Source: an uncultured Gemmatimonadales bacterium (lineage in GTDB: Bacteria; Gemmatimonadota; Gemmatimonadetes; Gemmatimonadales; GWC2-71-9). Taken from it: 64,000 nt of DNA. Positions 9,774 through 20,788 of the stretch are shown piece by piece. Every line of letters starts with the position of its first letter. Position 1 is the stretch's first letter. The stretch covers positions 181,534 to 245,533 of the forward strand of contig CAWJMT010000036.1 of the NCBI GenBank assembly GCA_963844035.1, given 5' to 3'. The position numbers and the translations under genes were made by a program. The notes beneath the pieces are model-generated. The model ran no database searches and was not told the DNA's origin. It saw nothing but the letters and a program-made list of their open reading frames with translations.

Positions 9774-10919
9774 ATGTACCTCCCCACGTCGCACCCGTGG
9801 GCGGAAGGCGAAACCCTCGGCGCATACCTCGAGAAGCGAGGTGTGAGCCGCCGGGATTTCCTCGCCTTTTCCGCCAAGATGTCCGCCGTTCTCGGTTTCA
9901 GTGAACTCATGACCCCTCGGATCGCGACGGCGCTCGCGGCTGTCAAGCGCCCGAGCGTCGTGTGGATCTCCCTGCAGGAGTGCTCCGGCTGCACCGAGTC
10001 GGTGCTGCGCACCGCCGATCCGACGATCGGCGACCTCGTGCTCGACGTCGTGTCGCTCGATTTCCAGGAGAACCTGATGGCGGCCGCGGGATTCGCCGCG
10101 GAGACCGCGCTCCATGACGCCATGAAGAAAAACTTCGGCGAGTACGTGCTGATGGTGACGGGCTCGGTCCCGCTCAACGAGGGCGGCGTCTACACGACGG
10201 TCGCCGGACGTCCGGTGAAGGAGCTGCTCGAAGAAGCGGCGAAGGGTGCCAAGGCCGTCATCGCGGTGGGCGCCTGCGCGCATTGGGGCAACATCCAGGC
10301 GGCGCGGCCCAATCCCACCGGCGCCGTGGGCGTGAGCGACATCATCAAGGACAAGCCGGTCGTGAACATCGCGGGGTGCCCGCCGATCGGCGACGTGGTC
10401 ACGGCGACCATCGTTCACTATCTGACGTTCGGCAAGATTCCCGCGCTCGACTACGAAGGGCGGCCGATGTTCGCCTACGGCGCACGCATCCACGACCAGT
10501 GTCCGCGGCGCGCCAACTTCGACGCCGGCCAGTTCGTCGAGCAGTTCGACGACGAGGCGGCGCGCAAGGGTTGGTGCCTGTACCACGTCGGCTGCAAGGG
10601 GCCGGCAACGTTTTCGCCGTGTCCCATCTTCCTGTGGAATGGCGGCACGAGCTGGCCCATCGGGGCGGGGCATCCGTGCATCGGATGCACCGAGCGCAAC
10701 TTCTGGGACACGATGACGCCGTTCTACGGACGGCTGCCGGACGTTGCCGGCTTCGGCGTCGAGCGCTACGCGGATACGCTCGGTGCCGCGCTGGCTATCG
10801 GGGCGGCGGCGGGCGTTGCGACGCACGCGATTGCCACCGGCGTGCACCAGATGCGCGAGCGGCGCAAGCTGCCCGTCATCGATAACCGAGGCGAAGGAGG
10901 CGGCCATGGCCACGACTAG
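9774..10919 (+). CDS. hyaA: Group 1 [NiFe]-hydrogenase small subunit
   Basis: Tat motif SRRDFL; ECSGCTES, GCPP, HDQCPR, CLYHVGCKGP and WPIGAGHPCIGC; C-terminal TM anchor. Confidence 0.95.
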   Translation: MYLPTSHPWAEGETLGAYLEKRGVSRRDFLAFSAKMSAVLGFSELMTPRIATALAAVKRPSVVWISLQECSGCTESVLRTADPTIGDLVLDVVSLDFQENLMAAAGFAAETALHDAMKKNFGEYVLMVTGSVPLNEGGVYTTVAGRPVKELLEEAAKGAKAVIAVGACAHWGNIQAARPNPTGAVGVSDIIKDKPVVNIAGCPPIGDVVTATIVHYLTFGKIPALDYEGRPMFAYGARIHDQCPRRANFDAGQFVEQFDDEAARKGWCLYHVGCKGPATFSPCPIFLWNGGTSWPIGAGHPCIGCTERNFWDTMTPFYGRLPDVAGFGVERYADTLGAALAIGAAAGVATHAIATGVHQMRERRKLPVIDNRGEGGGHGHD

Positions 10920-12622
10920 AGTCGTCGTCGACCCGATCACCCGTATCGAAGGCCACCTCCGCATCGAGGCGCAGGCCGACGCCGGCAAGATCACCAACGC
11001 GTGGGCCACCTCCACGCAGTTCCGCGGCATCGAAATCATCATGCAGGGGCGCGATCCGCGCGACGCGTGGGCCTTCACGCAACGCATCTGCGGCGTGTGC
11101 ACCGTCGTCCACGCCGTCGCTTCCTGCCGTGCTGTGGAGGACGCGCTCGACATCAAGATTCCGCCCAACGCCAACCTGATCCGCAACCTGATTCACGGGA
11201 TGCAGTTCGTGCAGGATCACGTGATGCACTTCTATCACCTGCACGCGCTCGACTGGGTGGACGTCGTGAGCGCGCTCTCCGCCAAGCCATCGGAGACGGC
11301 GGCGATCGCGAAATCCGTTTCGCCCTGGCCCAACAACTCGGAGACGTACTTCGCCGAAGTGCAGAACCGGCTGAAGACGTTCGTCGGGAGCGGGCAGTTG
11401 GGAATATTCGCCAACGGCTACTGGGGGCACCCGGCGTACAAGCTGCCCCCCGCCGTGAACCTGCTGGCCGTGGCGCATTACCTCGAGGCGCTCGACTGGC
11501 AGCGCGACGTGATCCGGGTGCACACGATCTTCGGCGGCAAGAACCCCCACCCGAATTTCCTGGTCGGGGGGATGGCATCGGCGATCAATCTCGACAGCCG
11601 GATGACGATCAACGCGGCACGCCTGGTCGAGATCCATGGCATGATCGCGCGCGCCCAGCGGTTCGTGGAGCAGGTGTACTACCCGGACCTGATGGCGATC
11701 GCCGGCTTCTACAAGGAGTGGGCCGGGATCGGAGGCGGCACCGGCAACTACCTCGCCTGCGGCGAATTCCCCGACGGCGATGTGCGCGACATCGACTCGC
11801 TCTACTTTCCGCGCGGCATCATCCTGGGCAAGGACCTGACCAAGGTCTGGCCGTACGACCACAAGCAGGTGCAGGAGTACATCAACAGCTCCTGGTACGA
11901 GTACTCCAAGGGGGATGAGGCCGGCCTGCATCCGTGGGAGGGCGAAACGAAGGCGAAGTACACGGGTCCCAAGACCCCCTGGACCTATCTGCAGGGGGAG
12001 AAGAAGTACTCGTGGATGAAGACGCCCCGCTACGAGGGCCGCGCCATGGAGGTCGGGACCGCTCGCGCGCATGCTGGTGGCGTTCTCCGCGGGGCACGAA
12101 GACGTGCGGCACATGATCAAGGAATTGATGGACCGGCTGGATGTCGGTCCCGCCGCCCTGTTCTCCACCTTGGGACGGACTGCGGCGCGCGGCGTGGAGA
12201 CTGTGTTGCTCTCGCGGCGGTTGTCGCACTGGTACGATGCCCTGGTCGCCCGCATCAAGGGTGGCGACACCCAGACGTTCAATGGCGACAAGTGGGACCC
12301 GGGGAAATGGCCGGCAAAGGCCCAGGGCTACGGCTACCTCGACGCGCCGCGCGGGGCGCTCGGGCACTGGGTGCAGATCGAGGACCAGAAGATCTCCCGC
12401 TATCAGTGCGTCGTCCCGAGTACCTGGAACTGCTCGCCGCGCGATGCGAAGGGGGTTCCGGGGCCCTACGAGGCTGCGTTGATGGATAACCATCCGCTGG
12501 TCAAACCGGACCAGCCGATCGAGATCCTGCGCACGATTCACTCGTTCGACCCGTGCATGGCGTGCGGCGTGCACGTGCTCGACGCCACCGGGAATCTCAT
12601 CACCTCGGTGCAGGTCCAATGA
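10906..12622 (+). CDS. hyaB: Group 1 [NiFe]-hydrogenase large subunit (frameshift ~12058)
   Basis: DPITRIEGH; L1 RICGVC; L2 DPCMACGVH plus a 15-aa cleavable tail. Confidence 0.95.
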
Positions 12623-13362
12623 GCGCCGGGGGCGGGAAGGCCGGCAGCTCCTTCGCCCAGAAGCTCCAGCCGCCGTCGGGCAACTACCGCTGGGTGTACC
12701 TGTGGGAGTGGCCGATCCGGGCAATGCACTGGATCGCGGTCCTGTCGATCCTGGTGCTGGTGGTGACCGGGTTCTATATCGGCGCTCCGTATTTCGTCCA
12801 GAGCGGAGAGGCGAGCAGCCACTACCTGATGGGCCGGATGCGGTTCCTCCACTTCGCGGCGGCGGGACTGTTCGTTGCCACGGCGATCGTGCGGGTCTAT
12901 TGGCTCCTGGCGGGGAATGAGTTCGAGCGCTGGACCGCGCTCTTCCCCGTGTCCAGGCAGGACTGGATCAACATGTGGAAGCAGACCAAGTACTACCTGA
13001 TGATCCAGCCGGAGAAAGCGCCCCATTACCTCGGGCACAACCCGATCCAGCAGCTGAGTTACACCAGCCTGTATCTCGTGGCCGCGACGCAGGTGATCAC
13101 CGGGTTCGCGATGTACGGCCAGTCACGCCCCGGCGGCCTGTGGTACACGCTGTTCGGTTGGGTCATTCCGTTCGCCGGTGGTATTCAGGTGGTGCATTTC
13201 ATTCATCACGTCTTGTCGTGGGTGTTCCTGATCTTCCTCCCGGTCCACCTCTACCTCGCGCTGCGTGCCGATATCCTGGAGCGCACCGGGACGATCTCGT
13301 CGATCATCAGCGGCGGCCGGTTTGTTCGCACCGATGTGGACTATGTCGACCAGCCCAAGTGA
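12619..13362 (+). CDS. hyaC: Hydrogenase cytochrome b subunit
   Basis: RAMHW, RFLHF, GHNPIQQ and HFIHH...PVHLY heme histidines. Confidence 0.92.
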   Translation: MSAGGGKAGSSFAQKLQPPSGNYRWVYLWEWPIRAMHWIAVLSILVLVVTGFYIGAPYFVQSGEASSHYLMGRMRFLHFAAAGLFVATAIVRVYWLLAGNEFERWTALFPVSRQDWINMWKQTKYYLMIQPEKAPHYLGHNPIQQLSYTSLYLVAATQVITGFAMYGQSRPGGLWYTLFGWVIPFAGGIQVVHFIHHVLSWVFLIFLPVHLYLALRADILERTGTISSIISGGRFVRTDVDYVDQPK

Positions 13363-13868
13363 GGCCTCCCCGCCCGTCACGGTGGTGATCGGGGTCGGCA
13401 ATCCGCTCATGGGTGACGACGGCTTGGGGCTCGCGGTTCTGGAGCGATTGCGGGACGGGTGGCACCTTCCAGAAGACGTAGAGCTTGTCGATGGCGGGAC
13501 CTGGGGCATGAATCTGCTGCCGGTGATCGAGGACGCAGGGCGGGTGCTGCTGATCGATGCCATCGAGATCGGCGCGGCGCCCGGGACCGAGATCATTCTC
13601 CCGCGCGATCGGTTGCCGCGCTATCTGGCCACGAAGATCTCCCCGCATGAAGTCGACCTGCGCGACGTGCTGGCGCTGGCCGAGCTGCGGGGGACGCTGC
13701 CCGAATACACCACGGCCATCGGACTCCAGCCGGCGCGCATCGAGCTCTCGGAGGAGCTCAGCGAGGTGGTGCAGCGATGGGCTCGATCAGCTGGTGGCGA
13801 CCGCGGTCCGGGTGCTCGCGGAGTGGGGACACGTCTGCACGCCACGGGTCGCGGCCGTCGATGCATGA
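13343..13868 (+). CDS. hyaD: Hydrogenase maturation endopeptidase (frameshift ~13778)
   Basis: GVGNPLMGDDGLG, VDGGT and SPHE motifs. Confidence 0.9.
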
Positions 13869-14121
13869 AATGAGCCTGGCGCTCGAGGTCTGCCGTATCG
13901 CAGAGGAGCAAGTCGGCCCCGCGGCGGCCGGGCGCGTGGTGGCCGTGGGACTCGAAGTGGGCGACGACGCCGGCGTCGAGGTTTCGAGTCTCGAGTTCTG
14001 TCTCGAGAGTCTGCTCTCGACTCCGCCGTTCCGCGGTGCGCGACCCCGGATCACGCGCCTGCCCGGCGACGTCCTGCGGGTGAGCTACGTGGACGTGGAT
14101 GATGGCAGTCCGGACGATTGA
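13861..14121 (+). CDS. hypA: Nickel metallochaperone HypA, short form (86 aa) without zinc finger
   Basis: MHEMSLA N-terminus, GVEVSSLEFC and GDVLRVSYVDV; no CxxC pairs. Confidence 0.85.
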   Translation: MHEMSLALEVCRIAEEQVGPAAAGRVVAVGLEVGDDAGVEVSSLEFCLESLLSTPPFRGARPRITRLPGDVLRVSYVDVDDGSPDD

Positions 14122-14771
14122 CGTGCGGGAGCGGGTCATGGCCAGGAGCGATGAGCTCGCGGCCGGTGTACGCCGCCGCCTTCAGGCCGCGGGCGTCCTC
14201 ACGTTCAACCTCGTCTCCTCGCCGGGCTCTGGAAAGACGACGCTGCTCGAGCGGACCCTCGCTGATCTCGGCGCGGAAATCGCCATCTCCGTCGTGACGG
14301 GAGATGTCCAGACGCAGAACGACGCCGACCGGCTGGCGCGCCACACCGACCGGCTGGTGCAGGCGGTGGTGACGAACGGCGCCTGCCACCTCGATGCGCG
14401 CCAGGTGGCGACCGCGCTCGATGAGGTGGACCTCGACCCGCACCCGCCTCCTGTTCATCGAGAACGTGGGCAATCTGGTGTGCCCCGCCGGCGTGGGATC
14501 TGGGCGAGGACGCCAAGATCGTGGTGTTCTCGGTCACCGAAGGCGAAGACAAGCCGGTCAAGTACCCCAAGATCTTTCGCCAGGCCCGCTACGTGGTACT
14601 GAGCAAGATGGACCTGCTGCCCGCACGTGCCTTTCAGCGTCGAAAAAGCGGTGGACTTCGCGCGCCAGGTCAATCCCACCATCAAGTTTCTGTCTACGTC
14701 GGCGCTCGCGCCGGACGGGATGCGTCGAGTGGTACGGGTTCCTCCGCTCGCAGATCCGGCGGACCGAATGA
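14102..14771 (+). CDS. hypB: Hydrogenase nickel GTPase HypB (several frameshifts)
   Basis: [32 protein letters not shown] and KMDLL across frames. Confidence 0.9.
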
Positions 14772-17113
14772 CGGCGTCCATGCCCGCTGCTGCGCTCGAG
14801 GCCGTGCGGCTCCACGTGACGGGGGTGGTGCAGGGTGTAGGGTTCCGGCCGTTCGTGCACCGGCTGGCGACGCGATACGGTCTCGCCGGCTGGGTCCTGA
14901 ATGCCGCGGGCGACGTGCAGATCGACGTCGAGGGATCGCCTGAGGATCTGTCCGCGTTCATGCGGGCGCTCTGGGTGGAGACGCCGCCGCTGGCTCGGAT
15001 CGAGAGCGTCGAGCGCACGCCTGGCACCGCGAACGGACTTCACACCTTCACGATCCGGAAAAGCCGGGAGGGGCCTGACCGCCGGCAGCCCATCGCGTCC
15101 GACGTGGCGGTGTGCGCGGCCTGCGAAGCCGAGCTCGTGGACCCCGCGAATCGGCGCTTCCACTATCCGTTCATTACGTGTACCGATTGCGGCCCGCGGT
15201 TCACCATCATCGACGCCATGCCGTATGACCGCGAGCGGACCAGCATGCGGGCGTTCGCGCCGTGCCCCGATTGCCTGCGCGAATACCATCGGCCCGAGGA
15301 CCGGCGCTATCACTCCGAGACGAACAGTTGCCCCGCTTGTGGGCCGAGAGTGTGGTTGGAGTTCGCCGGTAGCCCCGGGCGTCAGCCCGGGGATACCGGG
15401 GTCAGGGGTGACTCCGATGCGATCCAGCGCGCGGCGGATCTCCTGAAGGCGGGGAGCATCGTGGCGATCCGCGGGCTCGGCGGGTTCCATCTGGCCGTGG
15501 ATGCGTCCAACGAACAGGCGGTCCAGCGGCTGCGTGCGCGGAAGAGCCGCGAGGCGAAGCCTCTCGCCGTCATGGTTCGCACGCTCGACGAAGCCCGCGC
15601 ATTGGCGCACATCGCTCCCGGTGAGGCCGAGATCCTGACTTCGCGGGAACGCCCCATCGTTCTGCTCAGGCGTTCTGACTCCGGGCTGACGCCGGGGGCT
15701 CTCGCCCCCTCGCTCGCGCCGGGCCTCGACACCATCGGCGTGATGCTTGCCTACACGCCGTTGCACCAGCTCCTGCTCGAGGCGGCGGGCTGTCCCCTGG
15801 TGATGACGAGCGGCAATCGCAGCGAGGAGCCGATCGCAACGGCGAACGACGACGCGCGGCAGCGCCTGGCGGGGATCGCCGACGCGTTCCTGCTGCACGA
15901 TCGGGAGATCGTGGTGCGGTGCGACGATTCCGTGGTGCGTCTGGCGGGTGACGCACCACTGTTTCTGCGACGCGCCCGCGGGTTTGCTCCGCTGCCGCTC
16001 GAACTGCCCGTAGCGAGTCCGGTGCCCCTGGTCGCCGTTGGCCCGCATCTCAAGAACACGTTCACCCTGGTGCACGGCCGCCGCGCATTCGTGAGCCAGC
16101 ATATCGGCGACCTCGAGAACCTCGAGACCCTCGAGCACTTTCAGGCGACCCTCGGCGCCTACGGCCGCCTGTTCCACGTCGAACCCGAGATGGCTGTGTG
16201 CGATCTGCATCCAGCCTACCTGTCCACGCAGATCGCCACGGAGCTCGGGCTCGAGCGGATCATTCGCGTGCAGCATCACCACGCGCACATCGCGGCGGTG
16301 CTCGCCGAGCATGGCGTCACCGAGCGCGCCGTCGGCATCGCCTACGACGGGACCGGCTACGGGGACGACGGCAACGTGTGGGGCGCGGAGACGCTGGTGG
16401 CCGATCTTGCCGCCTATACGCGCGTGGGCCGGCTCCGCTACGCACCGCTTCCGGGAGGCGATCGCGCGGCCCGTACGCCGTGGCGCGCGGCGCTCGGCTA
16501 CCTGTCGCTCGAGCCCGATGCCGCGGCGGCGTTCGCCACCGCGTTCCGCGACGTGCCGGAGCGGGAGCGATCGCTCGCGACCCAGCAGATCGCGCGCGAC
16601 CTGAACTCCCCGCTCGCGTCCTCGATGGGGCGGTTGTTTGACGCGGCGGCCGCGGTGCTCGGCGTGCGCGCGGTGGCGCAGTACGAGGGCCAAGCGGCGA
16701 TGGAGCTCGAGGCGCTGGCCGCGCGGCGTCCGGCCACACCGTTGCCGTTCCCACTCATCGAGGGCGGCGACACGGCCTGGGAGCTCGATCCGATCCCGTT
16801 GCTGGTCGCCCTCGGCGAGCGGCGTCGGGCCGGCGACGCGACTCCGGATCTGGCCGCCGCGTTTCATGAGAGCGTCGCGGCTGCGACGGCGGACCTCGCG
16901 CTTCGCGCGGCGACGCTGGCAGCAACGCGGACCGTGGCGCTCGCCGGGGGGTGCTTTCAGAATGCCCGGCTGCTGGTTTCGCTGCGCTCGCGCCTCGAGG
17001 CCCGCGGCCTCCGGGTGCTCGTGCCGCGCCAGCTCGGACCGAACGATGGGGCGGTCAGTTACGGGCAGGCGGCGGTTGCCGCGGCCCTCTTGCAGCGTGA
17101 ACGCGGGACCTAG
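14768..17113 (+). CDS. hypF: Carbamoyltransferase HypF
   Basis: [12 protein letters not shown], zinc-finger CxxC pairs, QHHHAH and [10 protein letters not shown]. Confidence 0.95.
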   Translation: MTASMPAAALEAVRLHVTGVVQGVGFRPFVHRLATRYGLAGWVLNAAGDVQIDVEGSPEDLSAFMRALWVETPPLARIESVERTPGTANGLHTFTIRKSREGPDRRQPIASDVAVCAACEAELVDPANRRFHYPFITCTDCGPRFTIIDAMPYDRERTSMRAFAPCPDCLREYHRPEDRRYHSETNSCPACGPRVWLEFAGSPGRQPGDTGVRGDSDAIQRAADLLKAGSIVAIRGLGGFHLAVDASNEQAVQRLRARKSREAKPLAVMVRTLDEARALAHIAPGEAEILTSRERPIVLLRRSDSGLTPGALAPSLAPGLDTIGVMLAYTPLHQLLLEAAGCPLVMTSGNRSEEPIATANDDARQRLAGIADAFLLHDREIVVRCDDSVVRLAGDAPLFLRRARGFAPLPLELPVASPVPLVAVGPHLKNTFTLVHGRRAFVSQHIGDLENLETLEHFQATLGAYGRLFHVEPEMAVCDLHPAYLSTQIATELGLERIIRVQHHHAHIAAVLAEHGVTERAVGIAYDGTGYGDDGNVWGAETLVADLAAYTRVGRLRYAPLPGGDRAARTPWRAALGYLSLEPDAAAAFATAFRDVPERERSLATQQIARDLNSPLASSMGRLFDAAAAVLGVRAVAQYEGQAAMELEALAARRPATPLPFPLIEGGDTAWELDPIPLLVALGERRRAGDATPDLAAAFHESVAAATADLALRAATLAATRTVALAGGCFQNARLLVSLRSRLEARGLRVLVPRQLGPNDGAVSYGQAAVAAALLQRERGT

Positions 17114-17130
17114 AGAAAGCTGAGGCTACC

Positions 17131-17442
17131 ATGTGTCTCGGAGTGCCAGGGCGAGTCGTGCAGGTCCATGGCCTGACCGCGACCGTCGATTTCTGGGGTG
17201 TGCGGCGGGAGACGCGGCTCGACGTGGTCGATGAGCCCGTCGGGCCCGGCGACTACATCCTGAACCATGTGGGGTTCGCGATCCGCAAGATCCCGGCGGG
17301 CGAGATCCAGGAGACGCTCGCGTTGTACGAGCTGCTGCTCAAAGAGGCCGAGGGCGACATGATGGCCGCGGACGTCCGGGGCGAGATCACCGCCGCGCCC
17401 GACCGTGCGCCGGTCGAGCCGCCGGGAGGCCCGCATGCTTGA
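17131..17442 (+). CDS. hypC: HypC chaperone
   Basis: MCLGVPG start; HVGFAI. Confidence 0.95.
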   Translation: MCLGVPGRVVQVHGLTATVDFWGVRRETRLDVVDEPVGPGDYILNHVGFAIRKIPAGEIQETLALYELLLKEAEGDMMAADVRGEITAAPDRAPVEPPGGPHA

Positions 17443-18568
17443 TACCGCGCTCACCGGGACCGCGAGCGAGCTCAAGTTCCGCGATCCCGCGAAGGCACAG
17501 GCGCTCTCCCGGGCGCTCGAGCGGATCTGCGGCGAAGTGGGGCGCGCGCCGGTGTCCGTGATGCACGTGTGCGGCAGCCACGAGCAGTCGATCGCCAAGT
17601 TCGGGCTGCGGGCGGTGCTGCCGCGGGCGCTGAACGTGATCATGGGGCCGGGCTGTCCCGTCTGCGTGACCGACCTCCCCGAGGTGGACGAGGCGGTGGT
17701 GCTGGCGCAGGACGGCGTCCGGATCGCCACCTACGGGGACATGCTCAAGGTGCCCGGGACGTCCCGGTCCCTGGCGGACGCGCAGACGGCGGGCGCGCGG
17801 CTCGACGTGGTGTACAGCGCCACGCAGGCGGTGGAGCTGGCGCGCGACACGACCGATGAAGTGGTCTTCTTCGCGAGCGGCTTCGAGACGACGGCGGTGG
17901 CGACGGCGGCCGTGGTGCTCGCCGATCCGCCCCCGAACTTCTCGGTGCTGTCCGCGCACAAGTACATCCCGCCGGTCATGGAGATCGTGGCCGAGATGCC
18001 GGGGACCAAGGTCGAGGGGTTCCTCGCCGCGGGGCATGCCGCGACGATCACGGGCTCGGCGATCTTCGAGCGGTTCGTCGAGCGCCACAAGATTCCGGTG
18101 GTCGTGGCCGGGTTCGAGCCGCTCGACATCCTCGCCGCCTTGGTGAAGCTGGTCGAGCTGGTCCGGGATGCCACGCCCCGCGTCGTCAACATGTTCCCCC
18201 GCTGCGTGACCCCGGAGGGAAATCGCAACGCGCAGGAGCAGCTGTGGCGCGTGTTCCGGACGGTGGGCGGCCAGTGGCGCGGCATCGCCCACGTGCCCAA
18301 CGGCAACCTGCGGCTGCGGGACGAGTTCGCCCACGTGGACGCGCGGAAGAAGTTTCAGATCGACGTCCGGCGCCTGTGGAACCACGCGCCGTCCACGCTC
18401 ACCCAGCTCTGCATCTGCGGCGACATCATGGCGGGCATCGCCTCGCCCAGTGGCTGCTCGCTGTTCGGGAAGGAGTGCGTGCCCGACACGCCGGTGGGCG
18501 CATGCATGGTGTCGAGCGAAGGCACCTGCCGGATCTGGCACCAGTACGGGGGACATCCCGATCTATGA
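17435..18568 (+). CDS. hypD: HypD
   Basis: HVCGSHE, GPGCPVC, GFETT and CMVSSEGTC. Confidence 0.95.
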   Translation: MLDTALTGTASELKFRDPAKAQALSRALERICGEVGRAPVSVMHVCGSHEQSIAKFGLRAVLPRALNVIMGPGCPVCVTDLPEVDEAVVLAQDGVRIATYGDMLKVPGTSRSLADAQTAGARLDVVYSATQAVELARDTTDEVVFFASGFETTAVATAAVVLADPPPNFSVLSAHKYIPPVMEIVAEMPGTKVEGFLAAGHAATITGSAIFERFVERHKIPVVVAGFEPLDILAALVKLVELVRDATPRVVNMFPRCVTPEGNRNAQEQLWRVFRTVGGQWRGIAHVPNGNLRLRDEFAHVDARKKFQIDVRRLWNHAPSTLTQLCICGDIMAGIASPSGCSLFGKECVPDTPVGACMVSSEGTCRIWHQYGGHPDL

Positions 18569-19621
18569 GCGCGACGCTGAAGGCCGGAGCGATGGTGGGG
18601 TCCGGAGACCTCGTGACCATGAAGCACGGCGCGGGCGGGCGCGCGATGCGCCGCCTCATCGAGGAGACGCTCAGCGCCGGCTTCGTGGACACTCCCGGTG
18701 GATGGATTCGGCCTCGCCGCCATGGACGACGGCGCGGCGCTGCGCGTCGGCGACCAGTGGCTCGTGGTCACGACCGACTCGCACGTCGTGCATCCGATCG
18801 TGTTCCCCGGCGGCGACATCGGACGGCTGGCGATCGCGGGGACGGTGAACGATCTCGCCATGATGGGGGCCACCGAACCGCTCGGCCTCACCAGCGCGAT
18901 CATCGTGGAGGAGGGGTTCCGGCGCGCCGACCTGGAGCGGGTCCAGCGCTCGATGCAGGACACCTGCCGCGAGGCGGGCGTCACGATCGTCACCGGCGAC
19001 ACCAAGGTGATGGGCCGTGGCGAGCTGGACGGGCTCGTGATCAACACCACCGGGGTAGCGATGACCAGGAGCCTGGTGCGGGACGCCGGGTTGCAGCCGG
19101 GCGATCGCATCATCGTGACCGGCACGATCGGCGATCACGGGATCGCGCTCATGGCCAAGCGGCACGGCCTGGCGTTCGAAGTCGAGCTCACGTCGGACGT
19201 CGCCCCGATCAACGGGCTGATCCGCGGCGCGCTGGCGGCCGTTCCGGGCGCCATCACCGCCATGAAGGACCCGACCCGCGGCGGCGTGGCCAGCGCGCTG
19301 CACGAGATGGCCGAGAAGAGCGGCGTCTGCATCGTCATCGAAGAGCCGCAGGTGCCCGTGAACCCGGTCGTCCGCTCGGCGGCCGAGATGCTGGGGCTCG
19401 ACCCGTTTCACATCGCGAACGAAGGGAAGGCGCTGCTCGGCGTCCGGCCGGAAGCGGCGGCGGCGGTGCTCGCCGCGCTCCGGGCCCATCCGCAAGGCGG
19501 CGCCGCGGCGATCGTGGGCACGTGTCTGGCCGACCACCCCGGCCGTCTGGTGCTCGACACCGGGATCGGCCGGCGGCTGATGACCGAGTCGGAGGGCGAG
19601 CCCCTGCCGAGGATCTGTTGA
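18565..19621 (+). CDS. hypE: HypE carbamoyl dehydratase (frameshift ~18697)
   Basis: HGAGG, FPGGDIG, GTVNDL, DPTRGG, ANEGK and C-terminal PRIC. Confidence 0.95.
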
Positions 19622-20455
19622 TGGACCATATCCGGATGACGTGCGACGGCGCGGTGGGGATCATCACGATCGATCGGCGCGAGCGGTTCAACTCGCTGGA
19701 CGTCGCTACGGCGCAGGAGTTTCGCAAGGCCGGCCTGCAGTTCGCCCGCGACGAGAAGCGTGCGCTGCGTGGTGATCCGCGGCGCCGGCGGCGTGTTCTG
19801 CAGCGGGGCGGATCTCAAGTACATCCGCGAGCAGGGGGACGAGCGCGACTTCGGCTACCTGCAGCCCGACGGCGTCGGCCCTGCGGCGGGGTTCGGGGAG
19901 AGCTTCAAGCAGATCCTCGAGTACATCCACAGCACGATTTCGGAGATCAAGCGGGCGCCCAAGCCGTTCATCGCCGCGGTGGACGGGATCGCCGCCGCCG
20001 GCGGGTTCGGGATCGCGATGGCCTGTGATCTCGTGTACGCGTCGGCGCAGGCGAGCTTCGAGTGGGCGTATCACAAGACGAGCCTCACGGGTGCCGAGAG
20101 CTCGACCTTCTTCCTTCCCCGTCTCATCGGCCTGCGCAAGGCGATGGAGCTGGTGCTGCTCAATCCCCGCCTCACGGCGCAGGCCGCGACGGAGATGGGG
20201 TTGATCACCGGGGTGTTCCCCGCGGAGACGTTCGAGGCCGACGTGCTCGACGTCGCGCGACGCCTGGCCGCCGGACCCACGCGCGCCTACGCCGTCGCCA
20301 AGAGCCTGCTGAATCAGGCGGCCGGTGTGGACCAGCTCGACTACCATCTCGACGAAGAGCTGCAGCACCTCGCCCGTATCGCCGACAGCCCCGATTTCGC
20401 GGAAGGGTTACGGGCGTTCTTTGCCAAGGAAGCGGCGGCATTCCAGGGGCGGTAA
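19621..20455 (+). CDS. Enoyl-CoA hydratase/isomerase (crotonase) family protein (frameshift ~19758)
   Basis: FCSGADL and PKPFIAAVDGIAAAGGFGIAMACD; ATG overlaps the hypE TGA. Confidence 0.88.
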
Positions 20456-20463
20456 CAGTGACC

Positions 20464-20684
20464 ATGAAACGCGCGCTCCAGATCATCCTGGCCATCAGCG
20501 TCTTCGGATCGCTGTTCTCGGGCGTCCTCACCTATCACGAGCTGTTCGGCGTGTTCCGCCACGGGCTGTCCAGTGCCGGGTGCACCCGGTACGGTGTTCG
20601 GGCTATCCGGCGTGTGTATACGGGTTCTTCATGTATCTCACCATCGCAGGTATCGCAGGGGTAGGTTTGCGCGCGCGGGGGTGA
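20464..20684 (+). CDS. Small two-TM protein with Cys residues (frameshifted)
   Basis: MKRALQIILAISVFGSLFSGVLTY ... GYPACVYGFFMY in different frames. Confidence 0.55.
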
Positions 20685-20702
20685 GGTCGCAGGAGTCGCC
20701 CG

Positions 20703-20757
20703 GTGAAGACCGCTTCATGTCACCTTCACCCATTGCCCCACGCTGCGCAGATACACT
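20703..20757 (+). promoter_or_regulatory. CTTCA-box promoter of the cytochrome c gene
   Basis: GTGAAG-N4-CTTCAT-N5-CTTCAC-N22-TACACT; extra in-phase GTGAGG at 20681. Confidence 0.75.
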
Positions 20758-20788
20758 TCCTTCCAGCTACCTCAACGGAGACGCGAGA

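Noticed and set aside
14558..16867. Long antisense ORFs (also 27826-30324, 9588-11186 and others)
   Set aside because: Shadow ORFs of high-GC coding sequence opposite recognisable genes
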